A stretch of 63,497 nt of DNA, the filler included, from Kipferlia bialata (lineage: Eukaryota), in assembly GCA_003568945.1 (NCBI GenBank). It is 4 parts of 4 records of this genome, joined end to end, with 100 filler letters (N's around TTAATTAATTAA, not from the genome) between each part and the next. Parts side by side here need not be neighbours in the genome. Positions count along the whole stretch, not along the records: positions 1 to 19,632 come from BDIP01000121.1; 3 more parts are not named here. One strand, 5' to 3'. Of the stretch, positions 1 through 11,900 are shown one piece after another. A program made the position numbers and the translations under genes. Below the pieces are notes generated by a model. The model saw only the letters and a list, made by a program, of their open reading frames with translations, ran no database searches and was not told the DNA's origin. Numbering within the stretch: the first letter of the stretch is position 1; each line of letters starts with the position of its first letter.

Positions 1-520
1 GCAAATAAGAACAGGTACTACACAAAGATCAAAGCCATTTACGGCTGTCGAAAGAGAGCTGGGTATTCGAAACAGGCTTGAGGCGAGAATGGACAGAGTG
101 GATGAGTGTGTGGTGATAAACATTGTTTTTCTGAAGTGCCAAAAACTGAGTAAGGGTTCAAACATGGGGCAAGTCACTCTGATGACTAGTCTGACCATCC
201 TTCGAATTTATCGTCTCTCTCTCTCTCTGATGACTTGAGTCTGCACCATCTTTCGAGATCTCTTCACGCGGCACTTTCTTCGACGGAAGACATATACTAA
301 TAGACTCTACCAATGTGGCAGACGGTCTATCGTATAGACCTATTGAAAAACATACAAGAATCTCACTGTTATGGTATATCTATTTGTCTGTCACTGAGTG
401 TGCCGCTATTGTATATCAGAGATAGTGTATTTCCTCGTCAGCCACTTTGTACACGAGGCAACCTTCACAACCACATCTCCAGTATTGATGCATAGAGTGT
501 ATACTTCACATACAATACGT

Positions 521-3500
521 CTAGCGCCAGGAGCCCTCCGATGAGTAACTGACTCTCTCATGCCTGGCGAGCCTTCCGACAGCTGCAGCAGCACGCTTCA
601 CGCTCTGCCAGAACTGCAATTCTCGCTCCATGATACTCTTACCAGGATACTGAGTCGTGACACTCATCTGAGATGAGTGGTTCATCTCTAGGTCTGGTTG
701 CCTCTTCAGCGCCCCCATCAGCACATCAGAGGACTCCGCCCCTTCCACCAGTGCGGCACCTCCAGTGAAGAGGTCTCCTACTAGCTGGGAGATGCGCTCA
801 GAGAGATGAGCTGGAACAAGTGCTATTTGCCGAAGCTCGTAGCCTGGCCAATAACGCCAGTTTCTGACTTCATCGTCAGTCTCTCTCAGCGCCACATACT
901 CACATCCTGCTATAGACTGGGAGAGGGCATCAGTACCCACAACTAGCCTCTCCACCACGTCTATATGGGTTGCGAGGAAGGCCTCTAAGGCTACTCTAGG
1001 TGGGGCATCTACAGGCCAGGTGAGAACGGTGTGGATGTAGCTCAAAGCCTGTCCTACCCGGGCAGCCGCCTTGAACAGGTCTTCATCTGACATCTCCTCC
1101 TACAGTTAGGACAATCGGCAATAGAAGTAGTATATATGTGTGTGTTACTACAAGCATACCTGGGAACAGAGGGCTGCAGCATAGGGTAGCAGCGCCTCAT
1201 TGGTACCCTTGAACACACACTGGTCAAGGGCAGCATTGGTCTTGGCACTATCATAGACCCCATCTGTGAGAGACAGGCTCAGAACCTGTGGCAGCAGTGA
1301 CACGGTCAGGAAGTCATATGCATGTACAGCCTCTATAGAGTCTAGTGTGTCAGTGAGAACCCCTATGATGCAGCTCAGGAAAGGAGCCTCACTGTTGGAC
1401 ATAACTAGCTGCATCTCTGCATCAATGAGTGACCTCATCTCTGTGTGCACATAAGGGTCCAGCTCACTAGGCTTAGAAACACCTGCTATCTCGCAGTGTC
1501 TCTGCTGGATCTTATGACTCCAACTGGCCATGCGATCCTGTAGTTAGTACCTGCGTTGTATCCTGAGAAAGTAAGTGTAGAGTTACTATGAATATGTTTA
1601 CACAATAGTATTGGACGGAGAGGCGTACGTCAATGATGTGGAAAGGGGACATACACACCTGGTTAGGGCTGTCATAGTGGACTATATACTAGATAGATAC
1701 TATAGTACGCTCGTATGGTACATGAATCACATTATACACCACTAACCTGCTCCATATCTGTCATGCATACCATATAAGGAATACAGTGACTCAACTGCTC
1801 CTTGGCGCACTGCCTGGCGAGTCGTGTAAGGATTTCAGTCCTGCCACTGTCATTAGCTATCAAACCCAGACTCTGAGTCAAACCCAGACTCTGGGCCAGA
1901 GGAGACGTGTTGTAAAGTGATGCAAACCTTTCTATAATCGAGACTCCGACTGAACTCGGTACTACAAGTCACAACGTAGGGTCATAATTCAATCTCAGAA
2001 TAGCAATATCTCTTACCATACCTCAGTACCAATTGGCCTATAGCTGCCACGGTACTGCTGAGTAGGTCTCGCCAAGACTCCTCGGGACTCCTAGCGACAG
2101 GACTCTCGCCAATGAACTCGAGTCTCTGCTTCAAGGCTCTAGACTCATACGTGTACCCATCGATACGAGCACTGGAATCAGAAGCCACGTAGAGTTTGTA
2201 AATATAGATATAAACAATTCAAATTACATAACTATAGGTAATTGATACAGAGCACCAGCGATCAGTTTAGAGTCGGAAACACCCGACACTTTCACAGCAC
2301 TTACTGCTATATACTTAAGAATTCGTATTCATGGCCCATGAATTTCATGGGTCCATACCTAACTCTTGGCAGGTCTTGGTCTCGCAGTATCCGGATCATA
2401 TCTGTGTACTGGCTCAGTTGGGGTCCTATGTTCCTATCCCTAGACATACTGCTAATGATGCTAGCAGAGGCAACACTGACTCTCTCCTCTAGGTCCAACG
2501 GTCTTCTCTGCTGCCAAGACCTCCCACCCAGAGTCTCTCTAGCAGGCAACCTCGCTATGGCTCCTAGCCACCTGTGTATGAGGTCCAGGACTCCACTCTC
2601 AAGTAATGTCCTTGTACATGCTTTGCTGTCATAGTCTACAGCTGAGTGCTCACAGGGTGCCTCGCTCCATCCATGACGGCTCTCGTGAAACCACATTGTA
2701 CAGTGGGGGAATAGCCTATGATCTGCAGTCACTACCAGGCTTGCAACCTGTAACACCAGCCCAATTCTCTCCAAACAGGCATCTGCATCCTGCAACGTTG
2801 CCTCTAGTAGTGTGGATAGAGAGTCAGCTACGTCGTGAGAGAGACACACTACAAATGGTGTGTGTTGAGTGCCGGTGACAGCAAGCAAGTCTGCTAGCAC
2901 TGAGCTGTCATGGTGTCCAGCTCTTAGAACTAGATTGAGAAGATCTGTCCACTGATCCACTGTGGTCTGTGAGAGAGTGGGGTATGTCGTCTCGATGCCA
3001 GTTGCAGGTGCACGCATGTACAGTTCGGACATATAGTCATCACGCTCCAGAGGGGGGATCGGGAGGGCAATGCCCGGTGGTAGAATGTGCTCCCCACCCA
3101 CCGTCTCCGCCAGAGAGAGACAAGGCCCAATACCAAGCAAGTCAAGTACTGCTCTTGGGCAATCCATGTTCATCCCTAGTCTGTTGAAGAGTAGGCGTAG
3201 CAGAGGGAGGTGCAGAGGAGAGAAATTGTCAGCGATGACTCTGACAAGGCCAGTCTCCGTGATGGCCAGTGCTATCGCAGTCTCTGTGACAAGAGAGTGA
3301 GTTGTATTGTGGGGACACACGAGACCACACAGGATGTTGTAGCACTCTCTTGGTACCTGTGTAGTGTTGCGACTCCTTATCTCCTGCAGCAGGGTAATAC
3401 CCTCTGCATCAAGACCGGCAAGGTGCCTAGAGATGTCATTGTAAGGTGCACTCTCTTCAACGGCAGTCCACTCTCTAAGAAGAGGAGTACCAGTTACATA

Positions 3501-4137
3501 GGCAACAGACTGAGCAAGGGTGACACACTCTTGAGTGGAGAGCACAGGAGACTCCCACCTCTCATGCCTCCCCTCGGGGCTTGTGTACTCTGTGTACCCA
3601 GTCTTGCTGAGCCAGGATGTAGTGACGGCCAGCAGTTCTCTCACAACGTTCCTCCTATCCCCTACGGTGTCAAAGTCCTCCCAGATGACAACAACCACCT
3701 CCCACACAGGCACCAGCAAGGAGAGCAGCTGACTCCTAACAACGTCTCTAGCACCCTTTCTCTCTTCTCTCTCTGCTCTGTCCATTGCTGACCGTAGCAC
3801 GTCAACCTCTGCTGGTGGCACATAGGGAGGGAATATGTGGGTGTCAACAGGGCGCTCGTTATGTCTGATCACCTCAGCGTGGAACTGCCCGGACAGAAAC
3901 GCGTCCATCTTTCGGAGCCACTCTATGACAGCGAGAGAGAGACTGACGGTGTGACTAATGGCGGCAGTGGGAGATTGAGCATTATTGATCTCTCTATCAT
4001 CCGGTGTAGGAGGGGCTGTTGAGGAGGTGACGGCAATGGACGGTGTCTGTTGGGCTCTATCTGTGAGCATATGACAGAGATATCCCAGCTGAGGTATGAC
4101 TCCACTCTCTGAGAGCAGGAGAAGCATCTCTCTACCC
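521..4137 (-). CDS. Hypothetical protein(s), spliced: long exon ~2307-4137 plus exons 1160-1538 and 521-1099
   Basis: 606-, 127- and 190-aa ORFs on the minus strand. Minus-strand acceptors cttaccacag (~4138), ctaactacag (~1539) and ctaactgtag (~1100), and donor cag|gtatg (~1159). No recognisable domain. Linkage through 1540-2300 not resolved. Confidence 0.55.
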
Positions 4138-4490
4138 TGTGGTAAGAGAGTACAATGTACTCAGTACATACTATATATCCCATACACAATTAGACGAATA
4201 CTCTATATACACGCATTGTTGCCAGTACGAGACATATGTCACATACTATATCACAACTGAGAGAGCGCTATTTGAAGTAAGTGGAGTGAGGTAATAGAAG
4301 CAGAATAATGCGTGCACAGATACATTCAATGAGTGGTATCCAGATGCGCCGCATCTGAGATGCGGTATCAACGGTATCATATCGTCGAGGCAAGATAGGA
4401 ATATACACTGTAACATACATCATTCAGTGATACATCTATATATATGTATAGATACACACTCTTGATGGCACAATGGGTATTCAGTGCTAT

Positions 4491-4492
<2 letters not shown>

Positions 4493-4521
<29 letters not shown>

Positions 4522-4538
4522 AGGGGGGGGGGGGAGGG

Positions 4539-4572
<34 letters not shown>
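4493..4572. repeat. Poly-G tract with sparse A interruptions (similar G/C runs at ~14373-14422, 16523-16600, 19749-19771, 50229-50262, 63450-63497)
   Basis: Direct inspection. Confidence 0.9.
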
Positions 4573-4573
<1 letters not shown>

Positions 4574-5229
4574 GAGGCAGGTGTCATTGTGTATCAGCAA
4601 TGCAGATTCAGCATACAGACTTCAGGAATATGCCGCCCAACAAGGATATACGGGGGGGGGGGGGTAAAACACACACTGAACAACTATTCTGATCCCACCT
4701 GGTATCACCTTCACGGCCTCGTGAAACTGCACAGTGTATCTGAGATTGGGTGGATATGGTCTGATGCAGTGTACAAAATTACTCACTCAGTAGTGTAGGG
4801 GGTGGAGATCAGTAGGAATGCAGTACATGTCATGTTTCGTACCCTGTCACATACGGCTGTGCACGCTTTGTGACGAAGACGGTCATGCAGGAGAGCAGAG
4901 CAAAGAAAGGAGAGGAGAGGACCAGTCGCAAACGGGAGAATCGGAGAGTCTGCGTCATCCTAACAGCAAGTGAGACGTCTTCTTCATATCCACTCTCTAT
5001 CTATTCAATTGATTATATTGACTCTTCACTGGCTCTCAATATAGGTCCAAATGGGTGTAAGAGGCTGTGTTAACTCAACCTCAAACTTTCAGACTATCAA
5101 CCTGTCTCCACCTGCCAGTAATTGAGCTGATTGACATCCGTCTACCCTGCCTCCCTACACTAGTCTCTCTGCATCCAGGGCCCGACGCCCACCCTTCTCT
5201 CATGTATGTGAGTGTCAACCTCTACCCCT

Positions 5230-8200
5230 CTACATCCAGTGTCCAATGCCTGTCCCGATGGCCGAGGGCTCTCCCTCGACAGTGTCCTTCTGAGAGGAGG
5301 GCTCGACATCCAGTCTGGCTGAGGTGGTTGGGATCTCCTCCTGCTCCCTGGTGGCCTCCTAACAGTGAGACACACACAGCCACCCATATAAGTAGGCAGT
5401 ATAAGTCTCTCATACACAGTATCTATATACCTGGAGAGATGACTCGATGGCCTCCATGGGCTCTGTCACAGAGGCCTCTGCCTCCTCAGCCGCTGCCTCA
5501 GCCTCTGCCTCAGGCTCCTCCCTGTGCAGCCTGGGGGCAGCAGCCTCGATATGATGGTTAGAGTGTGGTTGAGTGCGTATCGTGTAGAAGTACACAAAAC
5601 CCAACCTGTCTGTGCTGGGGCATGTCTCTCAGTATCAGTATCTGTGCAGTGTGTATAGTATATATATCATGTATAGTATACATACAATTCCATATACCTG
5701 TCTGTGCTGTGGCATGTCCCTCAGCTGCTGCTCCACCCTGGTCTTGTCATCGTTGGGGAAGCCCTCCTGGATGTCCTGGGACAGGGTGGCAGTGGACTCT
5801 GGGTGTGAGGGGCATCACAGCATGTGTAGGATCCATGCACACTAGATACCAAGGGTATATGTGTAATACATATGACTCACCGTCTGACAGGTCCCTACAT
5901 GCCTCCACCATCTCACCAGTCATGATGTTGCGGTTGTCAGTGTCCTGGGGGTCAATAAGAGTATTTCCTGTACAGATATCTATACGTACTCAAGGTAATA
6001 GTGTTGATGTGTCCCCCTCACCTTCCTGGACCTCTGCATGGGCAGGTGCACCCCCATGTAGGAGGCGTGGAGGTCGTAGTCTAGGGTGAAAAGGTATTGT
6101 ATAGCAGAGGGACATATTAGGCAAGGACATATATACTATTCCGCCACCCACCTGAGTTGTCTCCCTGCTTGGACTTGGATGTGTGCTGGCTGATACGCTG
6201 GAAGAAGCCTGGGGAGTGAGAGAGGAATGTATATAGACAAACTGACCCCAGGAAGTATGTACCCGTACCTACTGTGGGTCCTATCTTGTACTGCGTCATG
6301 GTGGACCGGTCAGTGACACCCTGGTACCTGAGGGGGTGAGGCTAAGATCTAACATATCTACCGTCATGAATACATATTTCTTACACATATCTCTCTTTCC
6401 TCACCTGACCTTGCTCCCCTTGACGTGTGTGAACCCGATGGAGGAGGCAGGGAGGTGGGGCACAGCGTCACGGGCCTGGGGGGTTAGAAAGAGAGAGAAC
6501 ACACGCTCTGATGTATAAATGCATGTTACGCGATAGTACCTGCACCACCCTGAAGAACCTGGGGCAGAGGTGGGGCACCAGTCTGCACCACTCGGCATTG
6601 CCTGTCTTGGGCTGGCCTGGGAGAGTAAGTCATGTACATAGGATACACTATGTAGTAAGGTACACTATGAATCTGAGGTACATACCGAATGTGTAGAGGG
6701 TGACTGCCGACTTGTGGTAGCAGTGGCCGAGCTCCACGGCCATCATCTGGGCGAGGCAGGCACCGAAGGAGTGGCCTGGGCTGAGTGGGTATACACGGAC
6801 ATTCAATCGTGTAGAGTTAGAGTACCTGTGAGGATGATGGTGAATGGCTTGCCGGTCTCACTGTTGACAAGGCGGATAGGGGCGCCTCTCTGCCTGAGGG
6901 TGAGAGTAGTGAGTGATTGACGCATGTGTGGGTATATGGTAAAGATAGAGTACCTGGCTGCGGGGTTGGGCTCCTCCCTCTCCTCCTCTCTCTCCTCCTG
7001 TTGCTGCTCTCCCTCTGCCTCTGTCACCGCCTCTCCCTGGGCAGTGACCTCCTCTCCCTCCATCTCCACCCTGGGGACAGAGGAGTCGACAGGGTCAGCG
7101 GCCCTGGGGGTGAGACTGCTAGTATAGAATAAATAGAAAATATAGTTGTAAGGTAGTATGTATCGAGTGAGTGTTGGTATGGCTCGATAGTAGTACATGC
7201 ACCCACCTTGGCTGGTCCCCTCCGACCACGTTGTAGGGCAGGCCAATGGTGTCATAGACCTGGGGGTGAGTACATCATGTGTATGTATTTGAACGGTGGT
7301 GTATACATGGGATATAATGTAGTATAGGCACTATATCACGTACCCACTGCCGGATGCTGGGTGCCATCTCGTGGAACTGGGCAAGGAGCTTGGAGTGCAG
7401 CTGGGGTGAGGGAGGGAAGGGGGAGAGAGAGAGGCATGACACCAGGGAGGGGCAGTTGAATCATAATGGTGTATCGTGTATCAGCTACGTGTGGTAGGGT
7501 ACCTGCACGTCCTTGGTGTACCCCTCGACGTAGTCAAAGGAGGTGGCCTTCTTGAGACACTTCCTGGGGTGAGGGGCAATGGATACACACATATGTGTAC
7601 CCACAAAGAGATAGTATGTAGGAGCATACCTGGCCCTGCCACGAGAGAGTCTCTTGAGGACCTGGGTGTAGCGCTGCCTGAGGTCAAAATATGGGACAGA
7701 ATACTGCAGCGCGTGGGTAGGAGTCAAGTAGAGGACTGGTAAGTGAAGACAGGGTAGATGATATGTGGGAATAGAGAGAACACCGACCTGTGTGGGGCAA
7801 ATGCCAGGATGAGTGTCTGTGTGCCGTTGATGTCAGCACTTGCCATACCACACTCGCAGGAGTACTTGTTGCCATCTGGGGTGAGAGACTCAAAATATAT
7901 TCAATAGACACTATATAGGAAGATATGGAAAAGAGTGAATGTATGGAGGTTCTAGTTTCTATCTAGGAGGACTGTGCACATGGTCGTATATCGATGTGGA
8001 CAGAGAGGTCTAATACTACTCACAGCTGTCGGGAAGAGAGATGCTATGATATGTGAGGGAGTAAACTATACCTGTCAGGGCATATGCGGTGTTCTGTGCC
8101 AGAGACAGCCTCTCACGCATGGCCTAATGGGTGAGCGGCATATAGTGACAGGTAGTCTGATACGTATGTTTTACAAGATAGGCCCTAACTCCAATATATC

Positions 8201-8684
8201 ATATATTAGATGTATCTGCACACGTACCACGTCCCAGTCTGTGAGGGGGCATCCCACGAAGGAAGTGACGTAGGCAAGCTGTCTGGCTATCTTGGGGTGA
8301 GAAATGTATGGGTGTTGTGGGTAGGGCATGCCTCTTTCAGGTTTACATACACATGCGTTAGTATCACTGAGGAATAGGAACATAAAAGAGAGATCCCCAC
8401 CTCAGCCGAGTAGATACCAAGTGAGTTGAGCCTGGGTCCCAGCACATCAACGAAACTGTTCTCTGGGGTGAGAGAGGCGAATCAATCACACCATAAGAAG
8501 CAAATTGTACAATTCTCTCTGTATCGCCTAATTATGTTAGCTGTGAAGGGCAAGGAACGGGAAATACGACTAAACAACGATGCAGTATATCAAAATCCGC
8601 CAAAGAACCAGACCCACCCTCGAACTGGTTGTCGTTGAAGAGCTTTCTGTCATTGGGCAGCTGTGCCACGGTGTCCTTGGCCAT
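5230..8684 (-). CDS. Class 3 lipase (Lipase_3, alpha/beta hydrolase), many short exons
   Basis: Manual splicing gives IILTG|HSFGACLAQMMAVEL (GxSxG nucleophile elbow, ~6762-6830), VTLYTFG|QPKTGNAEW, FRVVQ|ARDAVPHLP..IGFTHV and DLHASYMGV (catalytic His region). Stop TAG at 5230-5232. ATG at 8684 is tentative. Confidence 0.85.
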
Positions 8685-8968
8685 AGTTCTCTCTCTCTCT
8701 CCCTATGGGTGGTGAAGGGTTGGGCTTCCTTCACGGTTGGAGGGAGCTCGAAACTGTAGTGAATGAGGGTATCTCTCGACATTGGTACCCAACTTGACAC
8801 TCTGTCAACAGTTACCATTTGTGTGACACGTAACTGTAGACCCAACGAATTATTGGTCATCATTATAATTGGCAAGTAATGCTACACGTTGCTACGCAAT
8901 CTATTAATACAATGACTCAATGACACATGAGTCTCCACACTATCAGTGAGTGAGTCATCCAACCACTC

Positions 8969-11900
8969 TCACTCCTCAGTGAGAGTGTTGCTCTGTGTGC
9001 TCTGTGAACCCTGGGTGTTCTGTGGGTTCTGACAGCAACCAACATCATCTCCCTCTGCCCCTGTCGCTGTCTCTGGAGGTGGCACACCTGACTGTGCAAG
9101 AGTAGGCTGGTCCCTAGGCAGTGCTACCCTAGGTGCAGTGGCAGTCACGTCCACACTGGTCCAAGAGGGATCAATGCCATTGAGGAACTTGATCTGGTAC
9201 TGAAGAGTCAGGTGCAGTTGGATTAATACCAAGGGATGTGACTGGAACGATAACTATAGACTTCCACTGAGCCTACTATAATAGTAAGGTAATAGTGTTT
9301 TTAGGCACAACTCACCTCCTCCAGCTCCTCATCTCGTAGTTCCTTGTGGAATCGCTCCCGCTGCACATCAAGCCATACATATAGATGGTTGTCCTCTTCC
9401 TGTGTGGGCCAGAGACCCGTCTTGACCCTGAGGTTAAGAGCAAGTACTCTTTGGGAAAGGAGGAAGATGATGGAGTGTGTAGCTGCCTCACCAGTGGGTC
9501 TTGAGTGCCTCTGCCCGTTCCATCCACTCTTGGGCCTTTGGATCCCATACAAAGCCCCTCTTATCAAGCTTGTCAGAGCACTCGCTGGGTAGGGAATCGG
9601 ATCCCTGCTTGTACAGCTCACGTATCCTATGGGTAATGAGGAAGAGTTGTGAAAGTGAGTCAGATACACAATGCACTCACCCTGGCACGAATGACTTGAA
9701 GCGAGTGTTTCCCTCCTTGGGCCAGGCCTTGTGCTTGTCAAAGTACTCACACAGGGCATCAACCATATGGGGGAGGCTAGCGTCACGGTACCCTATAGCG
9801 CGGAGAGCATCACACTCCTTCTACTTGTTAGCAGACCCTCCCAAACAGATATGTGATATATTATATATGATATACACCATACGGTACCTTAGAGAGCTTC
9901 CCTGTGTCCCTCTTCACTCTCATCTTGGCTAGGAACGGCCCCACATCCTTGTCAGCCGTAACGGGCCACGTCTTGTTGTCTGCAAAGAACCCCTAGAGTC
10001 AACCCATATACACACATACATATATACAGAAGTACATGTATTCTCACAACAACTTCAAAGCACATATGCCCATTCCATAACGAAGACATACACAAATCAA
10101 TCATACCCATGGGTAATGGTCTTACCATGAGGAACAATACTTGAACCAACCCTCACCTTCAATTGCTTCAGCTTCTCCCCAAAGTCGTCAGCATCTCTCA
10201 GGCCTACACGGTCGCGCCAGACCTTCCCTGGGTCGTCGCAGACAATCTATAGGTAAGAAAAGAGTACAGGAAGTCACAAGACAGTGTTAACACGCTTTAT
10301 GGATGGAATACCTGGCTGCTCTCTTCCCTACCAGGCCGATCCTTGTTCAGGGTGTTGCTGTGTTAGAATGTCTTTGCGGAATTCACAGAGACAATTGCAA
10401 ATGTTTAGGCTCAAAAAAGGACGTACGTGACAGCACGGCGAGCAAGGCGGGCAAGGCTTCCCTTGTCAACGGAGGGCATCACAAAGCCGGGAGCATCCTC
10501 TCTCTCGCTCTCCTCATGTGCCTCTCTACAGACCTCTGACTCCTCAGATGACATCTCGGTGTCTCCCTCACCCTCAGCCTGAGTGCAGACGACCTCACTC
10601 TCCTGTGACATTGGGGAGTCCCTGTCGATAGCCCTCTGTCTGGCAGACACATCATCTGCCCTTCCCTTCTGCAGAATGGGAGAGGCACTGGGAGACAGGG
10701 ACATTCCCTCAAAGAGATCCAACTCCGACTGACTGCCTGCACGAGGGGTGGGGATGAGAGGGGTAGTGACTTGTACACGTTGGAAAGAGGGGTGGGTGTC
10801 CTGGGACTGACTAGGCTCAGGAGACACGGCACCGGGTGGAACTACCTCTCGCTCCCTCTCGCTCGCTGTCTCTCTCTCTGTCTCTGTCTGGGACTGGCCC
10901 TCGCTCTCCTTTTCAGTGATCGACTCCCCCTCCCTCTCTCCCACAGTCTCATCCTCCCTATCTCCCTCCCTCTCGGCGTCACTCTCCATCTCCCGGTCAG
11001 TGTGGGTCTGTGTCTCCCTCTCTGTCTGCCTCTCTCTCTCTGTCTGTACTCCCTTGTGCCGCACCCCATCACACTCGCTCACATCAGGCATCCCTCGCTT
11101 AGCAGGAGGGGAGCTGGGTGTCAGACTCAGATACAGTAATGTCATTAAGCAAAACATGACACTATGGTCATACACCTTGAAGTAAGAGACGGGAGAACAT
11201 GCGATCCTGACTGACACACACTATTCGCCATATCCACAGCATACCTTGGGGACCGGCATTGGGTAGTAGACCCAGTGTCTCTCTCCATATCTCCTAGTGT
11301 CTGCGTGTGAGAGCGGTTGTATGACATATAACAATAGTAAAGATTCACCTCTTCACTTACATATCCCGCCCATAATAGGCTGAAAGTGATTCCACACGGA
11401 AGAAAAATATAGGTTCTAGAAGACTCCGCCTTACCTGCTGCCTCTCCAACTCGCTACGGTAAGCATTCACTTGTCTCTGTAGCTCCTTTTCCTTCTGAAG
11501 ATTCTGAAGAATGAGTCATGCAAGGGATTAGGAAACGATACTCGAGACACTCACCTTCTGATGTTCAAGGAATAGCTCTTGGCTGGCGATGTTTATGCTA
11601 CGCACCTTCCCCTTCTGTTCCTGCCAATTAGCCAACAGTTTGGTATTAGTCGTATTGCCAATATGTACACACAAAGATTATGTGTATATGAATATGTATG
11701 AATATGAGTAATGTCACACAACTCGGCAGAAATATAGAGCCATACCGTCAGCTGTCTCTGGAGCTCGACTCTCTCTCTCTCGAACTGTCGTCGGAGCTCT
11801 GTCACACTGGCATCTGCCTGATCTGCCCTAGTGGTGGCCTCTCCCAACAATATCTGAGACTGCTGCCGCTCCATAGCCAGGGTCTCTCGTAGGCCATCCT

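Noticed and set aside
1861..1893. 15-bp direct repeat caaacccagactctg x2
   Set aside because: Small isolated tandem duplication with no further structure.
4444..4798. Poly-Gly/poly-Pro ORFs (also 16383-16701)
   Set aside because: Translations of G/C homopolymer tracts in intergenic or intronic DNA; run lengths are probably unreliable.
8024..8025. 2-nt microexon (minus strand cag|CT|gtgagt) in the lipase gene
   Set aside because: The flanking exons already join in frame (ACA G|AT GGC); inclusion would shift the frame.
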